This document shows positions 33,593 to 42,166 of a stretch of 51,522 nt of DNA, piece after piece. Source of the DNA: an uncultured Candidatus Saccharibacteria bacterium (GTDB lineage Bacteria; Patescibacteriota; Minisyncoccia; UBA6257; 2-01-FULL-56-20). The notes under the pieces are model-generated. The model saw only the letters and a list, made by a program, of their open reading frames with translations, did no database searches and was not told the DNA's origin. Numbering within the stretch: the stretch's first letter is position 1; each line of letters begins with the position of its first letter. The stretch lies in assembly GCA_964483915.1 (NCBI GenBank), contig CAZADL010000002.1, positions 1 through 51,522 of the forward strand. The letters are read 5' to 3'. Both the position numbers and the translations under genes were made by a program.

Positions 33593-33733
33593 AAGGAGGT
33601 GCCATTCCTCTGCGACTCAAACTCACAGTCATAGAGGAATGGCACCTCCTTTACGCCCCCGTCTTCATGGGGAATAAGCGTAGGTTTCTTGTTCTGGGCG
33701 ACCGTGAGTTTGAGTCGCACAGAACAAGAAACC
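33593..33733 (+). other. Three-hairpin structured element with complementary terminal loops
   Basis: Two perfect stems flank a small hairpin: a 19-bp stem (33593-33611 / 33633-33651), the small hairpin at 33652-33682, and a 14-bp stem (33683-33696 / 33720-33733). Loop 1 (gcgactcaaactcacagtc) is complementary in 18 of 19 positions to loop 3 (gaccgtgagtttgagtcgc). Confidence 0.5.
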
Positions 33734-33740
33734 GGAGCCG

Positions 33741-33770
33741 TTGACAAAGAGCCCGCATTTCCTGTATTCT
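33741..33770 (+). promoter_or_regulatory. Putative sigma-70 promoter of the rpsL-rpsG-fusA operon
   Basis: TTGACA, then an 18-nt spacer, then TATTCT, about 40 nt upstream of the rpsL ATG. Confidence 0.5.
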
Positions 33771-33811
33771 TTTTTCCATAGACGGGATCCTGCCGTCCTT
33801 TATTTTTATCA

Positions 33812-34228
33812 ATGCCAACCATTCAACAATTGGTCAAAAGAAAAAGGAAATCAGTAAAGGCGAAAACCAAAGCGCCGGCGTTGTCTTTTTATTTCAATAC
33901 CTTAGAAAATCGTCCCGTGAATTCCGGCTCGCCATTCAAGCGCGGTGTTTGCCTTAAAGTTTTTACGACGACCCCCAAAAAGCCGAACTCGGCGCTTCGG
34001 AAAGTAGCGCGCGTGCGCCTCACGAATGGCATGGAAATTACAGCGTACATTCCGGGAGAAGGGCACGCCCTCCAAGAACACTCGATCGTGGTGGTGCGCG
34101 GCGGCCGCGTGAAAGATCTTCCCGGTGTTCGCTATCACGTGGTGCGCGGCGTCTTGGATGCGACGGGCGTGGCGAATCGGAAACAGCAGAGAAGCAAGTA
34201 TGGAGCAAAAAGACCAAAGGCAAGCTAA
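33812..34228 (+). CDS. rpsL: 30S ribosomal protein S12
   Basis: It has [12 protein letters not shown]..., [16 protein letters not shown] and HNLQEH-like GHALQEHS; this is unmistakably S12. Confidence 0.97.
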   Translation: MPTIQQLVKRKRKSVKAKTKAPALSFYFNTLENRPVNSGSPFKRGVCLKVFTTTPKKPNSALRKVARVRLTNGMEITAYIPGEGHALQEHSIVVVRGGRVKDLPGVRYHVVRGVLDATGVANRKQQRSKYGAKRPKAS

Positions 34229-34310
34229 AAGGAAAGAAGCGATTAGCGACCGGCGATGAGAAAAGTTAAAACCCTAATCGCTCGCCACTAATCGCCAATC
34301 GCTAAATTCC
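34229..34310 (+). repeat. Intercistronic hairpin element ('CGCTAATCGC' family), paralogous to 34779-34857
   Basis: The 3' 34 nt (cctaatcgctcgccactaatcgccaatcgctaaa) are nearly identical to the segment preceding fusA. The 5' part (gcgattagcg, ggcgatgag) is complementary to it. Confidence 0.5.
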
Positions 34311-34778
34311 ATGAGAAAGAAACGAGTTTATAAAAAATATCATACGCCGGATGCCACGCACGGTCGCATTGACCTTGGACGGTTCATCAATTACGTGATG
34401 AGGAACGGGAAAAAGTCCACGGCCGAACGCGTGGTCTATGGCGCTTTTGAGGAAATAAAGAAATTGGCAAAAGAGGAACCGGTCGTCATTTTTGAGAAGG
34501 CGCTTGAGAACGCTTCGCCGGTCGTGGAGGTTGTCTCAAAGCGCGTCGGTGGCGCCAACTATCAGGTGCCGATGGAGGTGCGCCCGGAGCGGAGGTTCGT
34601 CCTCGCAACGCGCTGGATCATCGGCGCGGCGCGGTCAAAGAAAGGAAAACCGATGGCGACGAAACTTGCGGAAGAACTGATCGCCGCCTCAAAGAACGAA
34701 GGCGCTGCGATCAAAAAGAAACAGGACACGCACCGGATGGCCGAAGCCAACAGAGCATTCGCGCATTTCGCCCGGTAA
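34311..34778 (+). CDS. rpsG: 30S ribosomal protein S7
   Basis: It has GKKSTAERVVYGAF, VEVVSKRVGGANYQVPMEVRPERR and a AEANRAFAHF end. Confidence 0.97.
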   Translation: MRKKRVYKKYHTPDATHGRIDLGRFINYVMRNGKKSTAERVVYGAFEEIKKLAKEEPVVIFEKALENASPVVEVVSKRVGGANYQVPMEVRPERRFVLATRWIIGAARSKKGKPMATKLAEELIAASKNEGAAIKKKQDTHRMAEANRAFAHFAR

Positions 34779-34857
34779 GAAAAAGCGATGAGCGACTAGC
34801 GATTAGCAAAATCGAAGACCTAATCGCTGATGACTAATCGCCAATCGCTCAAATTTT
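34779..34857 (+). repeat. Intercistronic hairpin element ('CGCTAATCGC' family), paralogous to 34229-34310
   Basis: The sequence is gcgatgagcgactagcgattagc ... cctaatcgctgatgactaatcgccaatcgctcaaa, directly before the fusA ATG. Confidence 0.5.
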
Positions 34858-36963
34858 ATGTCCCGTAAATATCCTATAGAAAAAGTCAGAAATATCGGAA
34901 TCATCGCACATATTGACGCCGGCAAGACGACCGTCTCCGAGCGCGTGCTTTTTTATACCGGCGTTTCGCACAAGATCGGCGAGGTGCACACCGGCGACAC
35001 GGTGATGGACTGGATGGAACAGGAGCGCGAGCGCGGCATCACGATCACCTCGGCCGCAACGACGGCATTTTGGTCACCGAGCTATCACGGCCACGACAAA
35101 GCATATGAACATCAGATCAATCTTATTGATACCCCGGGGCATATTGACTTCACGGTCGAAGTGAAGCGTTCACTCCGCGTGCTTGACGGCGCGGTCGTCG
35201 TTTTTGACGGCGTCGCGGGCGTAGAACCGCAATCCGAAACAAACTGGCGCTACGCGGACGAATATAATGTGCCGCGCATCTGCTTCATCAATAAGCTTGA
35301 CCGAACAGGGGCAAGCTTCAAAAAAAGCTTCCAGTCGATCATTGACCGCTTAACGCCGAACGCGATGCCGATACAGTTGCCAGTCGGCCTGGAAACGAAT
35401 CTCAGGGGTGTCGTGTGTTTACTTGAAAATAAGGCATATGGTTTTGAAGGCGAACATGGAGAGAAACTTGTTGAGATTGAGATTCCGGCCGATATGGCGG
35501 CCGACGTCCAAAAAGCGCGCCATGAACTTATCGAAAAGATAGCAGAGAACGACGACGAGATGATGTCTGCGTATCTTGACGGCAAGGAGCTCGCGCTCCA
35601 CGATCTCCGCCGTGTTTTGCGGAAAGCCGTTATCGCGAACAAGATCGTGCCGGTCTTGTGCGGCTCGGCCCTGAAGAACAAGGGCGTCCAGTTCATGCTT
35701 GATGCCGTGATCGACTATCTGCCCGCGCCGACGGACCTGCCGCCGGTCAAGGGCCACGATATGAAAACGGGTGCCGATAGTGTGCGCCACGCGTCCGACA
35801 CAGAACCGTTTTCGGCGCTTGCGTTTAAGATCGCAACCGACCCCTACGTGGGGACGCTCGCCTATTTCCGAAATTATTCGGGCATCATAAAACGGGGATC
35901 CTATGTTTTGAATTCAACCAAAGACAACCAGGAGCGCGTCGGCCGCATCGTCCGCATGTACGCGAATGACCGCGAAGAAGTGGAAGAGATCTACGCCGGC
36001 GAGATCGCGGCGATCGTGGGGCCGAAAAATACGACGACCGGCGACACGCTTTGCGATCCGGACAAAGCCATTATTTTAGAAAAGATCACGTTCCCCGAAC
36101 CCGTCATCGGCATCCGTATCGAACCCAAAACGAAAGCCGACCAGGAAAAAATGGGCACCGCACTCCACCGCCTCGCTGAGGAAGATCCGACGTTCCGTGT
36201 GGCGGGCGATCCTGATACGGGCGAGATGATCATCAGCGGCATGGGTGAGCTTCATCTTGAAGTTATCGTGGACCGCATGAAGCGCGAGTTCGGCGTGGAA
36301 GCGAACGTTGGCCGGCCACAGGTGGCGTATAAGGAGACGATTATGGGCGAAGCCGAAGCCGAAGGAAAATATATCCGCCAATCGGGAGGCCGCGGCCAGT
36401 ATGGCCATGTCTGGCTCCGCGTAAAACCCTTGGAACGCGGGCAGGGCTTTGTATTTCTCAACGAGATCAAAGGAGGCTCGGTTCCCCAGGAATTCATCAA
36501 TCCCACCGAGAAAGGCGTCCGTGAAGCGCTTGATAAGGGTGTGGTCGCGAATTATCCTCTGACCGACATTGAGGTCACGCTCTACGACGGATCGTTCCAC
36601 GAAGTGGACTCGTCAGAGGCGGCGTTCAAGATCGCGGGCTCCATTGCTCTTCAGGAAGCGGCGAAGCGGGCGAAGCCGGTCATTCTGGAGCCGATCATGA
36701 AAATTCAGGTGATCGTCCCGGCCGACTTTATGGGCGAGGTGACGGGCAATTTGAATTCCAAGCGCGGCCGCATTGAAGCGATGAACGATCGCCCGGGCTT
36801 AAAAGTTATCGACGCGAAAGTTCCGCTTTCCGAAATGTTCGGCTATGCGACAGAACTCCGTTCCATGTCGCAAGGGAGAGGATCGTTCACTATGGAATTT
36901 GATCACTACGAACCGACACCGCAGAACGTGGCGCAGCTTATTATTGAAGGAAAGAAAAGGTAG
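34858..36963 (+). CDS. fusA: Elongation factor G
   Basis: It has G1 AHIDAGKTT and G3 DTPGHIDF, with NKLDR as G4. The protein is 701 aa. Confidence 0.97.
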   Translation: MSRKYPIEKVRNIGIIAHIDAGKTTVSERVLFYTGVSHKIGEVHTGDTVMDWMEQERERGITITSAATTAFWSPSYHGHDKAYEHQINLIDTPGHIDFTVEVKRSLRVLDGAVVVFDGVAGVEPQSETNWRYADEYNVPRICFINKLDRTGASFKKSFQSIIDRLTPNAMPIQLPVGLETNLRGVVCLLENKAYGFEGEHGEKLVEIEIPADMAADVQKARHELIEKIAENDDEMMSAYLDGKELALHDLRRVLRKAVIANKIVPVLCGSALKNKGVQFMLDAVIDYLPAPTDLPPVKGHDMKTGADSVRHASDTEPFSALAFKIATDPYVGTLAYFRNYSGIIKRGSYVLNSTKDNQERVGRIVRMYANDREEVEEIYAGEIAAIVGPKNTTTGDTLCDPDKAIILEKITFPEPVIGIRIEPKTKADQEKMGTALHRLAEEDPTFRVAGDPDTGEMIISGMGELHLEVIVDRMKREFGVEANVGRPQVAYKETIMGEAEAEGKYIRQSGGRGQYGHVWLRVKPLERGQGFVFLNEIKGGSVPQEFINPTEKGVREALDKGVVANYPLTDIEVTLYDGSFHEVDSSEAAFKIAGSIALQEAAKRAKPVILEPIMKIQVIVPADFMGEVTGNLNSKRGRIEAMNDRPGLKVIDAKVPLSEMFGYATELRSMSQGRGSFTMEFDHYEPTPQNVAQLIIEGKKR

Positions 36964-37027
36964 GCATTTATATGATTTTTAAAAAATAAGGGCCGAGTTG
37001 GTTGGACTCGGTTCTGTGGTGCAACCA

Positions 37028-37261
37028 TCAGCCAATCTCAGGTCTTGGTTGCCATTTCGTTCCGTTCGCCGCGAGCAAATGATCGACATATTTGGCCACA
37101 AAGTATTCGCACATAAGCCGTGGCGTTTCCTCATTGAAACAAGGATAATATGCCGAGTATTTATCGCCCGACGTAAAGACAAACGGCTCCAGGGCGGCAT
37201 ATCGAAAAAGAAAATAGGCGAGCGCCCTTCCTATTCTGCCATTCCCATCCTGTTCTGCCCG
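37028..37261 (-). pseudogene. Fic-domain gene remnant (C-terminal part only, no start codon)
   Basis: The minus-strand frame reads ..AEQDGNGRIGRALAYFLFRYAALEPFVFTSGDKYSAYYPCFNEETPRLMCEYFVAKYVDHLLAANGTKWQPRPEIG*. The DGNGRxxR half of the Fic HPFxxGNGRxxR motif is preserved. The frame is closed by a stop immediately upstream (reverse complement of 37262-37264), and a hairpin plus T-run follows the stop codon. Confidence 0.45.
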
Positions 37262-37364
37262 TCAAGCTCCCATACTCTGCTTATCGGAGTCGACCACCGA
37301 CAATTATTGAGACACGATTTTAATATTCTTGACATGGAGAGCGGCTTTTTTTGTTTGTTGTATA

Positions 37365-39092
37365 ATGAAACCAATGACCGACGACCAACTGCTTGATCAG
37401 ATTCAAAAACAGGGACTCATCCCTGCGGCGGCGGTGGCGCGCCTCAAGCGCGAGATGGTGGTGAGCGACGAACCCGCGGAAGCGATCATCCAGCGTGAAC
37501 GTTTGGTTCCGGACGTAAAGATTGCCGAGCTCAAGAGCTCGCTCATGAACGTTCCCTATCAAAAGATAGACGCAGAAGCCATTGACGTAAAACTTTTGGA
37601 ATTGATTCCCGAAGATACGGCGCGGACCTATGGCACGGTGCCGATTTCGCTTGCGGAAAACCTTTTTGTGGTCGGCATGCTGCACCCCGACAACGTAAAA
37701 GCGCAGGATGCGGTGAAATTCGTTGCGCGGCAAAACCATCTGAATCTCGGCGTCTATCTCATTTCCTACGGCGACTGGGAAGCGGTCATCCGCCGCTATT
37801 CGCCGTATCGTTCAGAAATTGCACGGGCGGTCCAGTCGTTGAATGTCCAGGAAGGAGCCTCGGGCCAAAAAGCCGTTGATCTTGCTGCGGCGCGGGGGAA
37901 CGAAGATGCGCCGATCATTAAAATCGTCGCGGATACCCTGAAAGAAGCCGTCTATAGCCGCGCATCGGACGTGCACATTGAACCGGAAGAAAAATTTCTT
38001 CGCATACGGTTTCGCATTGATGGCGAGCTCCAACAAACCGCATCCCTGCCGGTAGAACTTGCCCAGCCGGTTATTTCCCGCGTGAAAGTCATCTCCAGTT
38101 TGAAAATAGACGAGACCCGCATTCCGCAGGATGGGCGTTTTCGGTCGCGGCTTCTTGATAAAGACATCGACTTCCGCGTCGCGACATTTCCGACGCCCCT
38201 GGGCGAAAAGGTTGCGATTCGTGTGCTCGACCCCTCAACCGGACTCAAAAATTTTGACAGTCTCCAGCTTCGTTTCAAGAATCTTGAAGCAGTGAAAGAA
38301 GGGCTCCAGAAACCCTTCGGCATGATCTTGCTGACGGGGCCGACCGGATCCGGCAAAACAACGACGCTCTACGCGTTCCTCCAGGAGCTGAACAAAGAAA
38401 GCGTGAATATCGTTTCGCTGGAAGACCCGGTGGAATATTTTGTATCCGGCGTGAACCAGTCCCAGGTGCGTCCGGAGATCGGGTACGATTTTGCGTCGGG
38501 CCTCCGCGAAATTCTCCGGCAAGACCCCGACGTCATTATGGTCGGCGAGATTCGTGACGACGAAACGGCCGGGCTTGCCGTCCAGGCGGCCCTCACGGGC
38601 CACATCGTCCTTTCGACGCTCCACACGAACAATTCCGCCGGCGTCGTGCCGCGCCTCATTGATATGAAGGTAGAGCCATTTCTTTTGCCGGTTGCCTTAA
38701 ATCTCATGATTTCCCAGCGGCTTGTGGGGGTGTTGTGCCCGAATTGCAAAGCGCCGGAAGAAGCGTCGGCTCAGATGCAAAAAATAATCGAGAGCGCTCT
38801 CGCCGGCCTGCCTGATGAGATTACGGCAACATATAAAAAACCCTACAAGATTTGGCACGCGAAGGGATGCAATGTTTGCAAAGGAAGGGGAATCCAGGGG
38901 CGCGCGGCGATTTTTGAAGTGCTCCAGATGACGCCGGAACTTGAGGATGTCATCACGAGCAATCCGACCATTCAGAAGATAACCCAAGAAGCGAAACGAC
39001 AGGGAATGATTACGCTCCGGCAGGACGGAATTCTGAAGGCCCTTGACGGGTTCGTATCCATTGAGGAAATCTTGCGCGAGACGGAGGAATAA
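37365..39092 (+). CDS. pilB: Type IV pilus assembly ATPase PilB (GspE family)
   Basis: It has an N-terminal T2SSE_N/MshEN-like domain, Walker A GPTGSGKTTT, Asp box, Walker B IMVGEIRD, His box and a tetracysteine motif CPNCK...CNVCKGRG. Confidence 0.9.
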   Translation: MKPMTDDQLLDQIQKQGLIPAAAVARLKREMVVSDEPAEAIIQRERLVPDVKIAELKSSLMNVPYQKIDAEAIDVKLLELIPEDTARTYGTVPISLAENLFVVGMLHPDNVKAQDAVKFVARQNHLNLGVYLISYGDWEAVIRRYSPYRSEIARAVQSLNVQEGASGQKAVDLAAARGNEDAPIIKIVADTLKEAVYSRASDVHIEPEEKFLRIRFRIDGELQQTASLPVELAQPVISRVKVISSLKIDETRIPQDGRFRSRLLDKDIDFRVATFPTPLGEKVAIRVLDPSTGLKNFDSLQLRFKNLEAVKEGLQKPFGMILLTGPTGSGKTTTLYAFLQELNKESVNIVSLEDPVEYFVSGVNQSQVRPEIGYDFASGLREILRQDPDVIMVGEIRDDETAGLAVQAALTGHIVLSTLHTNNSAGVVPRLIDMKVEPFLLPVALNLMISQRLVGVLCPNCKAPEEASAQMQKIIESALAGLPDEITATYKKPYKIWHAKGCNVCKGRGIQGRAAIFEVLQMTPELEDVITSNPTIQKITQEAKRQGMITLRQDGILKALDGFVSIEEILRETEE

Positions 39093-39106
39093 TGAACGTG
39101 CCCCTT

Positions 39107-39165
39107 GATCCGAGGTGATCCGAGGTTCGACCTCGATAATATCGAGGTCGAACCTCGATAATATC
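39107..39165. other. pilB-pilT intergenic repeats and 14-bp-stem hairpin
   Basis: A tandem gatccgaggt x2 lies at 39107-39126. A perfect hairpin GGTTCGACCTCGAT-aat-ATCGAGGTCGAACC lies at 39124-39154. A direct repeat cctcgataatatc occurs twice. Confidence 0.5.
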
Positions 39166-39170
39166 AATTG

Positions 39171-39179
39171 TGCTATAAT
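39171..39179 (+). promoter_or_regulatory. Extended -10 promoter (TGcTATAAT), 6 nt upstream of ATG 39186
   Basis: The motif tgctataat is followed by ctttct and then ATG (pilT). Confidence 0.5.
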
Positions 39180-39185
39180 CTTTCT

Positions 39186-40262
39186 ATGGATGACTACAAA
39201 CAAAAACTGACCGATCTTTTGACAGAAACGGCGCGGCAAAACGCATCGGACCTGCATCTTGCCGTAGGGCGAAAACCAACCCTGCGCGTGGACGGTATTT
39301 TGGTCCCTCTTGAGAAAGAACCGGTTATGACCGCGGCGGCAGCGGAGGGAATTATCTCGGAGCTTATGATCGTGCCGGGACAGAAAGAAAAACTGGCAAA
39401 AGATCGGCAGATCGATCTTGCCTACAGTTTTGAGGACAAGGCCCGGTTCCGCGTGAACGTTTACTATCAGCGCGGGTATCTCGCGGCAGCGCTCCGCCTT
39501 ATTCCTTCACGGATCAGGACCGTTGAGGAGCTCAATTTGCCGCCGATCATGCACGATTTCACAAATCTTTCTCAGGGGTTTATTTTGATCGTCGGTCCCG
39601 CGGGCCATGGCAAGTCAACGACGCTTGCGGCGATGCTTGACGAAATAAACCACTTGCAATCGGATCATATTATCACAATCGAAGATCCGGTGGAATATCT
39701 TTTCACGCAGGACAAATGTATCATCTCGCAACGCGAAGTCGGCAGCGATACGATGGGGTTCCACGCCGCCCTGCGGACGGTTTTGCGCCAAGATCCCGAC
39801 GTCATCATGATCGGTGAAATGCGCGATACGGTTTCCATTGCGACCGCCATGACGGCGGCCGAGACCGGCCACCTGGTTTTCGCAACACTTCATACGAACT
39901 CTGCGTCACAAACCATTGACCGCATCATCGATTCCTTTCCTGCGGAACAACAGGGCCAGATCTCGTCTCAGCTCGCGGCGACCCTCGTTGCCATCGTTTC
40001 ACAGCGGCTTCTCCCGCGCGTCTCCGGCGGCCGCGTGCCGGCGCTTGAGATCATGATCGTGAATCCTGCGATCCGAAACCTCATTCGCGAGCGCAAGGTG
40101 TATCAGATCGACCTTGTCATAGAAACCAGCCTGCAGGAAGGCATGGTAACGCTCAATCGCTCCCTCGCCAATTTGGTAAAGAACAAGGAAGTTACCTTTG
40201 ATAATGCGAGCTTGTATTCATTGAATCCCGCGGAGCTCCAAATTCTTTTGGAAAAAATGTGA
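39186..40262 (+). CDS. pilT: Type IV pilus retraction ATPase PilT
   Basis: It has ASDLHL.., Walker A GPAGHGKSTT, IMIGEMRD, ETGHLVFATLHTNSA and a PilT-type C-terminus. Confidence 0.9.
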   Translation: MDDYKQKLTDLLTETARQNASDLHLAVGRKPTLRVDGILVPLEKEPVMTAAAAEGIISELMIVPGQKEKLAKDRQIDLAYSFEDKARFRVNVYYQRGYLAAALRLIPSRIRTVEELNLPPIMHDFTNLSQGFILIVGPAGHGKSTTLAAMLDEINHLQSDHIITIEDPVEYLFTQDKCIISQREVGSDTMGFHAALRTVLRQDPDVIMIGEMRDTVSIATAMTAAETGHLVFATLHTNSASQTIDRIIDSFPAEQQGQISSQLAATLVAIVSQRLLPRVSGGRVPALEIMIVNPAIRNLIRERKVYQIDLVIETSLQEGMVTLNRSLANLVKNKEVTFDNASLYSLNPAELQILLEKM

Positions 40263-40263
40263 T

Positions 40264-40340
40264 GCCGCCACAGGCGGCGCCATCCTGAGCCGCGCGAAGG
40301 ATCTTTTCAGAAAGGATTCCTCACAAAGCTCGGAATGACC
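40264..40340. repeat. Hairpin repeat (CATCCTGAGC...GAAGGATC / ...CGGAATGAC family)
   Basis: A hairpin gccgcc-aca-ggcggc is followed by gccatcctgagccgcgcgaaggatcttttcagaaaggattcc...ctcggaatgacc. Confidence 0.5.
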
Positions 40341-40361
40341 AGAGTCCCAAGATGAACGGTT

Positions 40362-41573
40362 ATGAAATTCAAATACCAAGCAAGAACTAAAGATGGGGAA
40401 TTGCAGGCAGGATTTGTTGAGGCCGGCAGTCGCGATACGGTACTCCAGATTTTGGCGGGGCACGACCTTTTTGTGTTGAGCGTTGTTTCCGCCGAAGAGA
40501 AACATTGGTATGACGTGATCGCGGGCTTCATGGGCCGGGCCCGGCGGCGGGATCTGGTTGTCTTCGCGCGCCAGCTTGCGACGCTCCTTGAAGCACGACT
40601 GCCCTTGAACAACGCCCTCGTGACGCTTCGGGACCAGACGACGAACGCGGTTCTCAAAGAGGCAATCACCCAAATATCCCAAGATGTGAACGGGGGCCTC
40701 TCTTTCTCCCAAGCGCTGGAGCGCCAGGGAACGATTTTCCCATCCTATTATACAGCGATGATCCGGGCGTCGGAGATCACCGGAAATCTGAACGAAGCGG
40801 CAACATTCCTTGCCGATTATACGGAGCGCGAAGGAAACTTGGCATCCAAAGCCGCTTCCGCGCTCATCTATCCGGGTGTCCTCCTTGGGCTGTTTCTCGT
40901 GGTCGGATTTATTCTTCTTGTTTTCGTATTTCCTCAAATTGAACCGATCTTCCAAGAAAGCAATGTTTCCATTCCATGGTACACGCAGGGATTTTTGTCC
41001 GCGGGAGTGTTTTTGCAAAAATGGTGGCCCGTGGCGATTCTTGCGGTTTTCTTCCTCATCACGATCATCATCAATTATTTCCAGTCAAAGGAAGGGAAAG
41101 CACTCTGGGACGAAGGAGAAATACGCCTGCCGGTTTTCAAAAAAATATACCTCCCGCTCCTCATGGCGCGGTTCGGCAATGCCATGGCGCTCCTCATTCA
41201 CGGAGGCATTCCCATCGCGCAGTCGCTTGAAATCATGGAAGTGATGATGGAGAGCGCGCCGTATGCCGAGATTCTCCATCACGTGACAGAGGACGTCCGG
41301 CAAGGACAGCTGCTTTCGGAAAGTTTGGCGCGTTATCCCGATTATTTCCCCACGCTGGTGCACCAGATGATCGGCATCGGGGAGACGACCGGAAAAACCG
41401 AAGAGATGTTTGGCCGCCTCGCGGCCATTTATACCCGCCAAGCGAATCAGGTCATGGACAACCTTGTCGATCTTATCCAGCCGGTTCTCCTTATCGGCAT
41501 GGGAGCTTTGGTCGGACTGCTCTTTGCCTCGATCCTGGTTCCGCTCTATAGCTTAACGGCGAGCATACAATGA
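40362..41573 (+). CDS. pilC: Type IV pilus platform protein PilC (GspF family)
   Basis: 403 aa with two T2SSF repeats (FARQLATLLEARLPLNNAL.., FGNAMALLIHGGIPIAQSLE..) and 3 TM segments. Confidence 0.9.
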   Translation: MKFKYQARTKDGELQAGFVEAGSRDTVLQILAGHDLFVLSVVSAEEKHWYDVIAGFMGRARRRDLVVFARQLATLLEARLPLNNALVTLRDQTTNAVLKEAITQISQDVNGGLSFSQALERQGTIFPSYYTAMIRASEITGNLNEAATFLADYTEREGNLASKAASALIYPGVLLGLFLVVGFILLVFVFPQIEPIFQESNVSIPWYTQGFLSAGVFLQKWWPVAILAVFFLITIIINYFQSKEGKALWDEGEIRLPVFKKIYLPLLMARFGNAMALLIHGGIPIAQSLEIMEVMMESAPYAEILHHVTEDVRQGQLLSESLARYPDYFPTLVHQMIGIGETTGKTEEMFGRLAAIYTRQANQVMDNLVDLIQPVLLIGMGALVGLLFASILVPLYSLTASIQ

Positions 41574-41636
41574 AGACCTACGATACGCGACGTTGTGATA
41601 TACTATAAAAAAGCGTCGAAAAAATATTAGATCATT

Positions 41637-42098
41637 ATGCAAAAAAAGCAATTTGGGCCAACTCACGGATTTACTCTTATTGAAATTCTCATTGTGGTCG
41701 CGATCATTGCCATTCTTGCCTCGGTTGTGCTGGTTGGCTTGGGGCCGACGCAACAGCAAGGCCGCGACGCCAGGCGCATTTCAGACCTCCGCGAGGTGCA
41801 AACCGCACTCGAGCTGTATTACAACAAGAACGGCACGTATCCGAGCGCAAGCACGTGGAGCGCGATGACAGGAGCGCTTACCGGCGCAAGCATCGGGGTG
41901 TCGCAGATTCCAAACGATCCGAGTTCCGGGCAAACCTATTACTATCAATCTGCCGCCGACAACTCCTCGTACGTCATCGGAGCGAAGCTTGAGAGCGCGA
42001 ACAATTCGGTGTTTACCGGCTACGCGCCGCCCTCGGGCACTCTGCCAAGCGGTTTGAGCTGCCTCGCGGCGGACAAGCAGTATTGCCTTTCCCTCTAA
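41637..42098 (+). CDS. Type IV major pilin (prepilin)
   Basis: It has a class III signal, G/FTLIEILIVVAIIAILASVVL, with Glu at +5. A C-terminal Cys pair is present (SCLAADKQYC). A strong terminator follows. Confidence 0.85.
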   Translation: MQKKQFGPTHGFTLIEILIVVAIIAILASVVLVGLGPTQQQGRDARRISDLREVQTALELYYNKNGTYPSASTWSAMTGALTGASIGVSQIPNDPSSGQTYYYQSAADNSSYVIGAKLESANNSVFTGYAPPSGTLPSGLSCLAADKQYCLSL

Positions 42099-42115
42099 AT
42101 TTTTTGGTGAGATTG

Positions 42116-42148
42116 CAAAAACCTCAGCACAGCCGTGCTGGGGTTTTT
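42116..42148 (+). terminator. Rho-independent terminator after the pilin gene
   Basis: The sequence is aaaaaCCTCAGCACagccGTGCTGGGGttttt. Confidence 0.7.
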
Positions 42149-42151
42149 GTG

Positions 42152-42160
42152 TGTTAAAAT
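42152..42160 (+). promoter_or_regulatory. Extended -10 promoter (TGtTAAAAT), 6 nt upstream of ATG 42167
   Basis: The motif tgttaaaat is followed by gaaccc and then ATG (pilD). Confidence 0.45.
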
Positions 42161-42166
42161 GAACCC

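Noticed and set aside
33529-33822. A 97-aa minus-strand ORF covering the structured region upstream of rpsL.
   Set aside because: Its reading frame runs straight through the perfect 19-bp and 14-bp inverted repeats and the rpsL promoter. The repeats explain the open frame better than coding does.
36964-37364. The absence of tuf after fusA as a sign of misassembly.
   Set aside because: The flanking genes are intact with their own terminator and promoter signals, and tuf is located elsewhere in many genomes. I noted it only as context for the Fic remnant.
36998-37396. A 132-aa plus-strand ORF and a 73-aa minus-strand ORF in the fusA-pilB gap.
   Set aside because: Neither has family features. 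A different minus-strand frame carries a Fic-motif remnant, which better explains the region as decayed DNA.
40218-41018. A 266-aa minus-strand ORF antisense to pilC.
   Set aside because: It is a shadow ORF, since pilC on the plus strand has both GspF repeats. No motifs or plausible start context are present.
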